DNA of 64,000 bases from Candidatus Obscuribacteraceae bacterium (GTDB lineage: Bacteria; Cyanobacteriota; Vampirovibrionia; Obscuribacterales; Obscuribacteraceae). The position numbers were made by a program, and so were the translations under genes. Where the stretch lies: contig JBGAHS010000008.1 in NCBI GenBank assembly GCA_044226015.1, forward strand, positions 416,001 to 480,000, given 5' to 3'. The stretch's first letter is position 1. Each line of letters starts with the position of its first letter. The notes under the pieces were generated by a model that saw nothing but the letters and a program-made list of their open reading frames with translations, ran no database searches and was not told where the DNA came from. Of this stretch, positions 50,326 through 61,000 are shown piece by piece.

Positions 50326-50892
50326 ATGAACTTAAGTAAATTGTCTAAGGCAGCTGTAATGACCGCATTGGTCTCTATGACAGCAGCCCCGTCTTTCGCA
50401 GCAGGCGCAGCAGCCAACATGTCAGTGAAGGTCGGCTATTTCAACCTCGCTCTTGTCAAAGCTTCCTATCCTGAATCTGCTGGTTCTGAAACACTACGTG
50501 TGCAAGCTGAGAACCAACTTCGCCGCGACGTAGAAGAGGGCAACAAGCGCCTGCAGAAGCTTCAAGAAGATAAGAAGCCAAAAGAAGAAGTTGAAAAAAT
50601 GGCTCAACAACTCCAAGTTGAAATCAACGCTAAACAAAGAGCATTGATTGAATTGGTGCAAAATCAGCAAGCGCAAGCAAACGCGCAGATCGCTCAAGTT
50701 GTAAACACAGTTGCTAAAGAGAAGGGTCTAGACCTGGTATTCGACGGCGCTGGCGTTTTCTCCGGTGGGGACAAGATCATCACCTCAGGCGAAGACATCA
50801 CTGATTCAATCGTCAGAAAGCTGAACCCGATGGCTGCTAAATCAGCTTCGACACCAGCCCCAGCTGAAAAGCCGGCTGCAGAGAAGAAATAA
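50326..50892 (+). CDS. OmpH/Skp-family periplasmic chaperone
   Basis: Signal peptide; KVGYFNL, coiled coil, VAKEKGLDLVFD and DITDSIVRKLN. Confidence 0.9.
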   Translation: MNLSKLSKAAVMTALVSMTAAPSFAAGAAANMSVKVGYFNLALVKASYPESAGSETLRVQAENQLRRDVEEGNKRLQKLQEDKKPKEEVEKMAQQLQVEINAKQRALIELVQNQQAQANAQIAQVVNTVAKEKGLDLVFDGAGVFSGGDKIITSGEDITDSIVRKLNPMAAKSASTPAPAEKPAAEKK

Positions 50893-50909
50893 GCACTCTG
50901 AAAAACATT

Positions 50910-50944
50910 AAGTCTGCCAGTTGCGAAATTGGCAGACTTTTTTT
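50910..50944 (+). terminator. Rho-independent terminator
   Basis: AAGTCTGCCAGTT-GCGA-AATTGGCAGACTT followed by a T-run. Confidence 0.9.
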
Positions 50945-51026
50945 GTGCTTTGATTCTAAAATGATGGTCTTGGAACATGCTGATGACATCCCATAGGTGC
51001 GCTGCAATCTGGACTGGAGGTTCAAA

Positions 51027-51854
51027 ATGAGCAGACTTTTCCCGCTCCTGGCTGTTTTCATTATTTCGATGAACCCGGCCAGTGCCCAATTCAACATTCA
51101 GACAAAGGATGGTGGGAACGTAAGCATTGGACCAAACGGTATTTCCGTTAACAAGCGCAATAAGAAAATTGATATTAGTCCAGCCGGAATAAACATTGAA
51201 AAGCCCGGAAAAACCGTCGAAGTGACGCCTGATGGAGTTAAAACGAGCAAGAATAAACACAAAAAAGCAGACAAGGATGACACTGAAGCTGTAAGTGGTG
51301 CTGGCAGTACATCGCTGTCTGTCAATGCCGGTAATCTGAGCCTTGACCAGCGCATCACATTGATTGAAATGCATGTTTATGGAAAGAAATCCGACCAACC
51401 GCTAATGCATCGCGTCGAAAAACTTGAGCGAGACAACTTTGGAAAGAAAGGCTCAGGTACGATAGTTCAGCGCATCGATGCTTTATGGAAGGATCTAGCA
51501 CCACCTGCAACACCACAAGATTCCACAATCAACAGTGGAATAGGAATTGGAAGCAGCCCTCTTGAGCTCAGCAAAAAAGACGATTCGCAAGTTCTTACGC
51601 TAAACAACAGCAATTTCGAAGGCGAAATCAAATGCCAGAACAACGACGCAATTCTCAATGCAAGCAATTGCAAGATTAAGTTCCTTGGTCCTCTGCGGAA
51701 ACTCGTCGTCAACGGAAGCAACAACGAAATTTACTGCGAGAACATTCTTGAGATACAAACGAATGGCAGCGGGAATGATGTGTCCTGGAGTGCAGACATG
51801 AAACCATCAGGCGCAGACGCTGGCACATCGAACAAGCTTCATGCGAAAGAATAA
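51027..51854 (+). CDS. Exported protein: N-terminal beta repeats, helical repeat, C-terminal short beta-solenoid (DUF3060-like)
   Basis: GGAGG RBS; signal peptide; VSIGPNGISV / IDISPAGINI / VEVTPDGVK; RITLIEMHVYG / RVEKLERDNFG; LNASNC / VNGSNN / TNGSGN. Confidence 0.7.
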   Translation: MSRLFPLLAVFIISMNPASAQFNIQTKDGGNVSIGPNGISVNKRNKKIDISPAGINIEKPGKTVEVTPDGVKTSKNKHKKADKDDTEAVSGAGSTSLSVNAGNLSLDQRITLIEMHVYGKKSDQPLMHRVEKLERDNFGKKGSGTIVQRIDALWKDLAPPATPQDSTINSGIGIGSSPLELSKKDDSQVLTLNNSNFEGEIKCQNNDAILNASNCKIKFLGPLRKLVVNGSNNEIYCENILEIQTNGSGNDVSWSADMKPSGADAGTSNKLHAKE

Positions 51855-51929
51855 GTGGTACGCGGCGCTGGTTTAGGGATCTGAATAAGCGCCAGACAAT
51901 AAGCCGCTGCATCCGAGTAGCACTGCAAA

Positions 51930-51966
51930 GAAAATGAGTCGATCTCAAAGAAATCGACTCATTTCG
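51930..51966. terminator. Intrinsic terminator, probably bidirectional, between convergent genes
   Basis: AAATGAGTCGAT ... ATCGACTCATTT, 12-bp perfect arms with A/T flanks. Confidence 0.85.
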
Positions 51967-52003
51967 TTTATTGGTTCAGAGGACCAGCTCCGCAACTCAC
52001 AAG

Positions 52004-55000
52004 CTATTGCTTGTAGCTGACCGGGGTGAAGTTATCGTCATGTGCATAACGAGTTCCGTTCTCTGGAGTGCTTGTTGGAACGACCTTTTTAGGAGTCGAC
52101 TTATAGCCACCGTGACCTTGAGTGATTGTATGGAGTGCCGCTGCAGTCTTCAGCAATCGGTCACGCAACGTCTTCTCAACGTTGTTGTTAGGATGGCGCA
52201 AGGACTTCAGATGGTCAGTGTTGGACAAGACACTCGGTAGCGAGACTTCGCAGGTAGAGAAGAACAAGCCATTTGGATACGAGTAGTGGCGGAATCCTCT
52301 TCTACCAATACCGTCAGCCTTGAATTGCTCTGCTTCGGTGAGAGCATGTCGTGAAATGGTTATTTCTTCTCCAGAGCTCAGTACTACCGTCTTATTGTGA
52401 ATCTTGACGGAAACGGCACCAGACTCGCCGCAGTTTGCGACTCTCAGAGACACATTGTCTTGTGAAACTGCAGTCAGAGCACCCTTCTTCACATTGATTT
52501 GAGCAAAGGGTGAGCTGATAGTGGTGTCAAAGTTTGGATGAATAATCATCTCACCAGAGCCAAACGCTAGCTTCACGTTAGCATCATGCTTGCCACGAGC
52601 GGTATCATCCATTTTCGCGGTTAGTGCATGACTCGATTCTTCACCGCTGACAAACAAATCAGCTAGCTTGTGAGTACTACCAGACTCTTGCTCATCAACT
52701 TCAAATGTAGTCGACGGCACCACAGAGACGGTGTATCCGATGGCCTTGTAACCTGCGACAGTGAACGTCACACCATCCATGTGTACTGTGTTGGTAGCAT
52801 TCGTATCGAATACGATGCCGCCACCGGACAGGTTCATGGTTGTGGTGTTTGAGTTGCTCGTCGATAGGTTCACACTACCAGTCGCAGCGCCATTGGTGTA
52901 GTTCAGTGCGAGCGAACCTTGAACAGTGCCAGTAGCAGGGTTGTTGATCGTCACCTTGCTGCCGAAATCGCTTGCTGGCGGATATGGCAATGTTTTCTTG
53001 GCAGACAACTTGCTGACCAGGGTACCAGCACCGAATTCGATACCACCTCCCGAGGACGATTGGCTTGTTCCTATAGCAGACGCCTGGAAGTTGTTGCCAC
53101 TGTTAGTAGCAGTGGATATATCACCGTTCGCCAGAACAACTATGTTGCCACCACTTGCGGTCCAGGTGTTGCCGGATCCGATTGTCAGAGGATTTGTTCC
53201 TTTAGATGTGAGGTTGATGTTTCCACCGATGGAATTAAATTTGGTGGTGTTGCCTACTGTGATAACACCTGCCGCACTCATATTGATAGAGCCCTTTGTC
53301 AGAACTTGGGTATTGGTCAACGGCGTACAGCATGGAATACTTGCCGAGGAGAACAAGCCAGCTGTAATCGCGGTTCCATCAACATTCACATTGCCAGAAG
53401 TGGAAGTCACGCTAACACCCTTAGAGCCGTAGAAGCCCGTTCCGGCAGTGGTCGAAGCGTTGAGAGTAATATCTCCCGTTGCAGTCAATCCGATGTTTGC
53501 ATTGGAAGTAGTGAAGGTGTTATCGGCACCAATTGTGATGCCACCACCGGTAGCGCTGAACGTGACAGCACCATTCAAATTATTGAGCGTTGTCGCAGTG
53601 AGTGAATTTCCGCTACCAAGCACAATATTCTTCGCACTGTTAACTGTCATGGAGGCACCCAGCGCATTGAACGTACCACCATTGTTAATGCTCAACGTTG
53701 CACTCGTATTTGAGGATTTGAGGGCAATGTTTCCACCAACAGAGGTGAAGGCGACACCATCGTTAATAAGCAACTGAGAACCGGCTGTCGTGATATTGAT
53801 TGCACCCGCTGAACCGATATTTGTTGAGGTCAGCGACTGAGCTGGATTTCCATTTAGTTGTCCTGCGTTTATTACAACGTTATTGCCGATATTGATTCCA
53901 GTACCAGTAGCGGAGGTATCGGATATATTTACGTTCGTTGATGAATTCAAGCTCTGGTTGCTGGCGATCGTTATGCCACCAGCAGAACTCAAAGTTAGCG
54001 CGGTTGCTGAAGTTCCGAAAGTGTTATTGACGGAATTTACAAGCAATCCACCAGCGCCGGCCGTCACAGTGATGGCAGCAGCCGTAGAGAAAGAACTGAC
54101 GCCATTAATGCTGACAGTGCTTCCCTTCAAGTTGATTGGCTGATTACCCAGAGAACGCACGGTACCATTCGAGAAGGTGAATGTGCCCGTGCTTCCACCG
54201 AGGTTGATGGCTCCAAAACCAACAATCGTATCAGCTGTCGAACCGATAGACAGACCGGTTGTCCCGATAGTGATTGCTCCCAGGCTGGTGGTGGCACTAG
54301 CGTTGGTCAGACCGCGGGCCTGATAAGTTACGTTGCCCTTGTCAGTTACTGTACCAGCTATGGTGATATTGCCGCCGTTAGCGAAGAATCCATCGGATGA
54401 ACCCAGCGACTTAGTTCCAGAACCGTTGATAGATATGTTGGCACCATTGGAGGTGAAGCTAGAGGTATTACCAACAGTGACGCCTCCAGTTCCTGCAGTA
54501 ATGCTAATAGCACCAGTTTTGGCTATGTCGGAGCTAAATACCGCAGATGGCGCAGGGGGAGCACCAGCATTCAAAGCACCTGCAGTGAACGTGGTGTTGT
54601 CCCCGATATTGACAGAGGATGTCGTTCCATTGGCTGTGATGTTTGTTGAACCTGAACTAGCTACCGTCAAGTTGTTATCGAAAGTCACATTACCGACTCC
54701 GGTGACTGTCAATGAATTACCAGTAGTTGAAGTATTTGTAGATAGACTGGAAACAGAAAGATTGCTTCCAGCAACTACGGTTACAGTTCCTCCACTGCTT
54801 GTAATTGAGCTGGAACCACCAATTGCTGTCATCGGAGCATTGTTCAACAATATGTTGCCTTGTCCAGTGACTGTGAAGCCACCATGGTATGTATTGATCG
54901 GCACATTCACAAGATCTACAGAACCAGCGGAAGCTCCGATTATGACGCCAGCACCAGCATTCACAGAACCTGACAAGGTGACGCCTTGTTTGCCCGTTAT

Positions 55001-58000
55001 TGTCACAGCACCAAGGTTACCCGCAGTATTGAGCGATTGAGCAAAAATCGCAGTATTGCCATTTGCAACGAAACTTCCACCGGTGGAGTTCAGAGATACA
55101 GAGCCACCGTAAGCATTTATGGTACTCGTAGTGAGGAAGATGGTACCAGTTGTATTCATGGTAGTCTGACCAACGGAACTCAAAATGATGTTGCCAACAC
55201 TGATGCCACCACTTCCAGCAGTTATCTGAAGGTTACCAGCCGTCTGAATACCACTTGAGCTCAGAGGCGAAGGCAGCGCAGGCGGGGCAACCTTCAGTGC
55301 GCCGGCGGATACGCCGAGCACACCAGGAGTTATGTCAATCTTCGAATTCTTCTCGGTTGCTTTGAGTGTCAAATTCGTGCCAGCTGACACCAGAGATCCA
55401 GCAGTGAATGAAATAGCGGTGCCTGTTCCAGCAGCAGTCATGCTGATCGCCTTATTGCTGCTGGTGACATTAGCGTTGTTCACCCCGATGATGCCCTTGG
55501 CCGTCATACCGACGCCACCATTGTTGAATGCACTGACAATGCCGTTGTTTACAGATATGTCTAAGGAGCTGTTCAAGGTGACATTCGCACTTGCGGCTTT
55601 GCTGGATAGACCAGAGCTAATGCTTGCATTCGCTACCGTTATGCTACCTGGTGTTTTCGAATTGGTTGTCAGCGTAGCAAGCGAACCAGCGTTGATTGAG
55701 CTAGCACTCACAGTGGCTGAACCAACCTGATAAACCTGCCCTCCGGACGCATTGTTCAGGGTGGATGAAGTGACACTCGATCCTGCCACTACGTTCAAGA
55801 CACCGGGAGCAGTCACTGAGAGCGCTCCGCCGTTTATCGTCAGTGCGCTGGAAATGAAGCTGCTGTCACCGCCGCTCTTGATAGTGATAGAGCCACTGTT
55901 TGCAGTGAGACTACTCGAATTAACAAGAAATGGTGCCGTGCCAGCATTGTTGAAACTTATCGAGCCCGAACTGACTACCTGGCTCTTAGTGACGTTGAAT
56001 CCTAGAACGGCCGAGTTCAAGGCGCCTGCCTTCAACGTTGAACCATTAACGATGTTCACACCAGCAGTCTTGTCTGACGAGTTGAAAGCCATTGACTGAG
56101 TGGTGGTCACAAGCGCGTTATTTAGCTGCAAAGATCCGCTGTAGGTCGTCGTCATCTTACCCGCAGATGATACCGAAGGTCCAACTCCGATGCCTTCACC
56201 GAAGTTGACCCCTGTTTTACCAGTGATGGTCAAGTTGCTGTTTGCCTTGTTGGTAGACACACTGGAACGAAGCACAGTTGGAGAGTCAGCTATCGTGACT
56301 ACCGCATCTGAACTCAACGATAGAGTCGTGCCAGCAACAAGATTGCTTGGGTTCGCGATCACCGTAGCGGTCGAAGATCCGATAGCGAGTGGTGTTGCAG
56401 GAGCACCCTTAACAGTTTTCGCTGTGATGGCTATGCTACTCGGAACGAAAGATGGAGTAACGTTGGATGTATCACCGCCCACGATAGCAGTCTGTGCCTT
56501 GTTTGAAGGATCACTGAGAGCAAAATTGAGGGCAACCTTTTGGGTTGTCGATGGAGCGAACGCTGCAGCTAGAGGCTTGGCAGCGGCAGCCATCGGCATA
56601 GCCTGGAAGAGCACGGGCAAATTGAAGTTAGAAGCAGTGGAATTGAAATTGAACGTCAAGTTGGTTCCCATTCCCTGATCAATAATGATTGCTCCATTGG
56701 CTGGTCCCATGATGGTGCCACCATTTGTCTGGTTGAAGTTGATGCCATTGCCGTTGTTTGCAGCCATGAGAATCTTGCCAGCCACAATGGTTCCCTGGTT
56801 GCTCCAGTTGGTTCCAGTTGCAGTCAACATCAGTGTAGAGCTGTTTGTAGCGCTGACCTGACCGCCTGGAAGAACCTTCATGCCACTGCTACCGAAGTCA
56901 ACCATAGCTGTCGAACCCAGAGTAGTGAAGTTCAAAGTTCCACCAATAGCACTGTTGGCTCCAAGATATGCAGTCGGATGATCACCAGCAACATTGAGCA
57001 CAAAGTTTCCGCCACCAGATACAACAAGGTTGAACTTGCTGAAGCTAGATGGAAGATCATATCCATTCACCGCGATTGAACTGCCTGCAACAGCTTGATT
57101 GTTGCCATTCAAATTGACTGTCACAACTTGACCACGAGTCGCCTGGTATTGTGCCAGAGCTTGCGATGGAGTGATTTGTGTTCTTACACCGCTGCCATTG
57201 TCCGGTGCGATCGTCGGCGTTCCGCTAACGGTGATGCTGACACTTCCTTTGGTGAAGTCACTGTTGAAGTAAACGCGTCCGGTGCCACCATTGATGTCTG
57301 CAGCAGTGACAATCGGGTTTGATGTTCCGGTGTTACCAGCGATGTTCCCCTTGATGCCATTGACCACAGCCGAATTTCCAACTGTGAATAGAGCACCAGG
57401 AAGAGCATAAACGCCATTGCCAGCTTTGCTCAAATCGCTAGTTCCTACTGTAAGGTCAAGGTTTGTTGGCAGAGACTGAATTGAAGAAGAAGTGAGTGCA
57501 ACATTACCGTCAGTTCCGTTGGTTGCGCCGGTTGAGCCCTTTAAGCCGCCTCTGGCATCTACACTGACGCTGCCGGTGCCGTTGCTTGTTCCAGCAACGG
57601 CAATAGAACCTGCAGAGAGTGTGATTGCTCCTGCAGTGCCACCATTACCTGTGCCAGTCTTAGCAGCGTTGCCGCCGCGGGAATCAACAGCTCCTGTTAT
57701 GTTTATAGCACCTTGATACAAGCCACCAGTCTGTTGAGTCACAATACTGATGGAACCAGCAGCACCACCTGACTCATTCGTCACGCTTCCATTGCCACCG
57801 GAAGAGACCACAGAGCCTTTGATGCTCACAAAGCTCGCTGCATTAATCAGCACAGCACCACCTGCTCGAGCAGGGTTAGCGCTGAAGCCCTTAGCAGAGC
57901 TGCCTCCAGCATTTATGGAACCCGCGATGGATACAATTCCTGTGAGTTGTGCTGAGGGAACGCCCTGGTTAATGAAGACAGAAGCGGCGTTTATCACGCC

Positions 58001-61000
58001 TGAAGTCGTGATAGCACCCTGAACTGTTACGTGCGAGTCAGAAGCAAGCACAACTGTACCGCCTGAGCCATTCGCGCTTGACGTGTTGATGGCACCGCCG
58101 ACGTAGATTGCTGCACCATTGAGCGCACTAACGGAACCCGCATTTGTGCCAAAGGAACCACCAGTAACGCTGTTGTTGTAAATGACAGGAGAGCCGATCA
58201 CCACTGGTGCCGAACCCACGAGATTTACAGTGCCACCATTGCTAGGCTGGATGGTATTCGTCGAGCCAGCAGCGGTGATGCCTTTGTCGATAATGATACC
58301 GCCAGGACCCGCCACGGTGACTTTACCTGCGTCGAACTTGGATGAAGTGGTGATTGAACCGACGTGAATCAAGCCATTGTTCAACAAGCCAGCATTAGCC
58401 ATCAGGGTGACGTTACCGCCATTAGCCTGCTTACCTCCAGTCGGCACCTTGCTCGCTGTGCTGGAGGTATCGATAGCTGTATTCGGGAGAAGGATGGAAC
58501 CACCCGATGCGGACGGAACCAGGTTCGTGATTTGTCCATTAGGATTGCTCGTATAATCCCATCCAGCAAGGATGAAGAGATCACCACCACCTCTGGTTGA
58601 GCTGTTGAGCTTGATGCTACCAATAGCCTTGCCCTGGAGAATGTTGCCTTTAGCAAGCAGAACGAGGGAGTTACCATTGAAGGTAATAGCATTATTCAGA
58701 ACGAGGTCTTGCGACGAAACCATCGTCGGAGTTGTGTTGCTACCTGGAGGAGCTGTCCACACGATGCCCGGGGTCACGCTTGTCGAATTATCTGTAAGAA
58801 CAGAAGTATTAATGTATAGCGGACCAGGATTGACTGTAATCACAGAACCCGTAGCAAGCACAACGGATTGTCCAGACTGAGTGGCATTCACATTTGTGAA
58901 ACCATTGAATGTCTGAGTTCCAGCCAGAGTTAGCACCTGATTTGCGGCGCTGCCAGTCAGGTTCAGATTTACACCATTGCCGGTTCCAGACCCCGTAGCT
59001 GTCATCGTGCCACCTGCGCCTGTTCCGGTGACCGTCAGACTCTTACCAGATTCACTATTGACGTTGATGAAACCATTGGTTGCAGTCAATGTATTGCCGT
59101 AGTTCAGCGCGTTGGTGTTAAGCACGAGGTTATTGCTTGCAGTGGTATTGCCACCAGTGGTGATGCTTCCCGAAGACGAGAAAGTGATGTTATTGCCTGT
59201 GCTCGCATTCAACACGGTATTGCCAACTACTTTGACGAAGACATCTCCAAGCGTGTTAGCACTGACACTTGTAGAGGATACATTCTTCGGAACGTTGATG
59301 AGAATCGGAACAGAAGAAGAACCTATGTTTCCGAGGCCAGTTCCAGCAATACTGCTCAAATTAACGACATTTGCAGTAATTGGTGTATTAGCTTTCTGTT
59401 GTATTGCAGTTGGCAATGCAGGATTGCCCTGAAGTGCCGAGCCGCCGTCAATATTTACGGTGCCAGTTATGCCCGCAGTGGTTGTGATCTTGTTGTTCAA
59501 GAACACTGTGCCACCAGCACCCAAGGTAATAGTTTTGCCATTGTTGATGGCTGTGCCCAAGGTGAGGTTGCCGGTGGAAGTGGCTACGGCAGTGACCGCG
59601 AGCGTGCCGTTGTTGCCGATGGTGACTTTGCTGAGCACAACATCACTGTTGCCCATGTTATGAACAAAAGCATCGTTAGTGGAAGTCAGGGTCAGGTTCG
59701 CAGACCCTGAAGTAGATTGATAGTTCAGGGAGTTGCCGGCTGCACCAATATTGGCTCCGGATAGAAGCAGTTTGGAACCAGTGATTTGAATTCCGTTACC
59801 CGTTCCAGCAGTGTCAGTGATCGTGCCAGTTCCGGTTGCGGTTAGTGTCACCGAGCCAGAGGCAGATGTGGCGACCACATTTGATGTGCCAGTAAGTTGA
59901 ATGCTTGTATTGATCTTCGTGCTGCTTCCTTTCAAGGTAACAGAACTTCCAACTACATCACTCAAAACTTGCAGAGTGGAATTATTTTGTGTACTGCTAA
60001 TTTGCACCGGTCCAGGAGCCGTGACGCCTGACACTGTGGTAGTGCCAGCTCCATTGTTGTTAAGGAAGACGCCTGCAGTCGAAGTACCTGAGGTGTTAGA
60101 AACCAGGGCAGAGCCTAGCGCCGGCGAGCTGAAGCCAACTGGTGTGACGGAACTTCCGATAGCGCCATTCTGTGTAGTCAGTGTCAGCATCGCAGAGGCT
60201 GCTAACAAGCCAGTGGCACTGGCATTGATGGAACCAGTGCCGGTAGCATTCACGGTGACATTGCTTGAGCTCACCGTCGAGTTGTTTGTTATCGACACGT
60301 TGGTGTTCGAGTTTCCTGCAATAGTCAGGTTGTTTCCAGCGTTCATCGTCTGAGCGATGGTTACATTTCCATTACTGACTAAATTGTAGTTAGTTCCTGC
60401 AGTGCTCTTGTTGATCGTCAAAGGAGTGGTGCCGAGGCTGGTCAAGAATGTCGAACCAGTGCCACCAGAATTGGTCTGTATTGAATTAGCAGTGAACGAG
60501 AACGGAGTCAGGCTAGAGCCAATATCAGTTGTGTCTGTGGACAGGCTCAATGAGTTGGTGTTCAGTGTGCCACCAAGGTTGCTGATAGTGCCAGCCACTG
60601 GTCCGGCTGTAGTAGCCTTCAGAACGATTGAGTTGCTAGCCTTAACTGGCGATTGAATTGTAATTGAACCACCGTTTAGAGCATTCAATGTAAGGTTGCT
60701 TACACTGATGTTTCCACTGGTAGTGATATTACCTGTAGTGACCGGAGCCTTAGCAGGATTGCCTGGTGAACCGGCATCAAATTGGAAGTTCGCAGCATTG
60801 ATATTGCCGAGAACTACGGAACCAGGAGAACTCATAAATACATTGCCAGTTGTGTTGACAGTCAAAGGAGATGCGTTCAATGCAAATGGATTTGTAGCAG
60901 TACCGACATTGCCCGTTCCCTTGATGTTAACGGTATTGCCATCGACAAATGCACCATTTGTCTCGCTGAGCGTGCCGCCATTCACTTCGAGATTGAGAAT

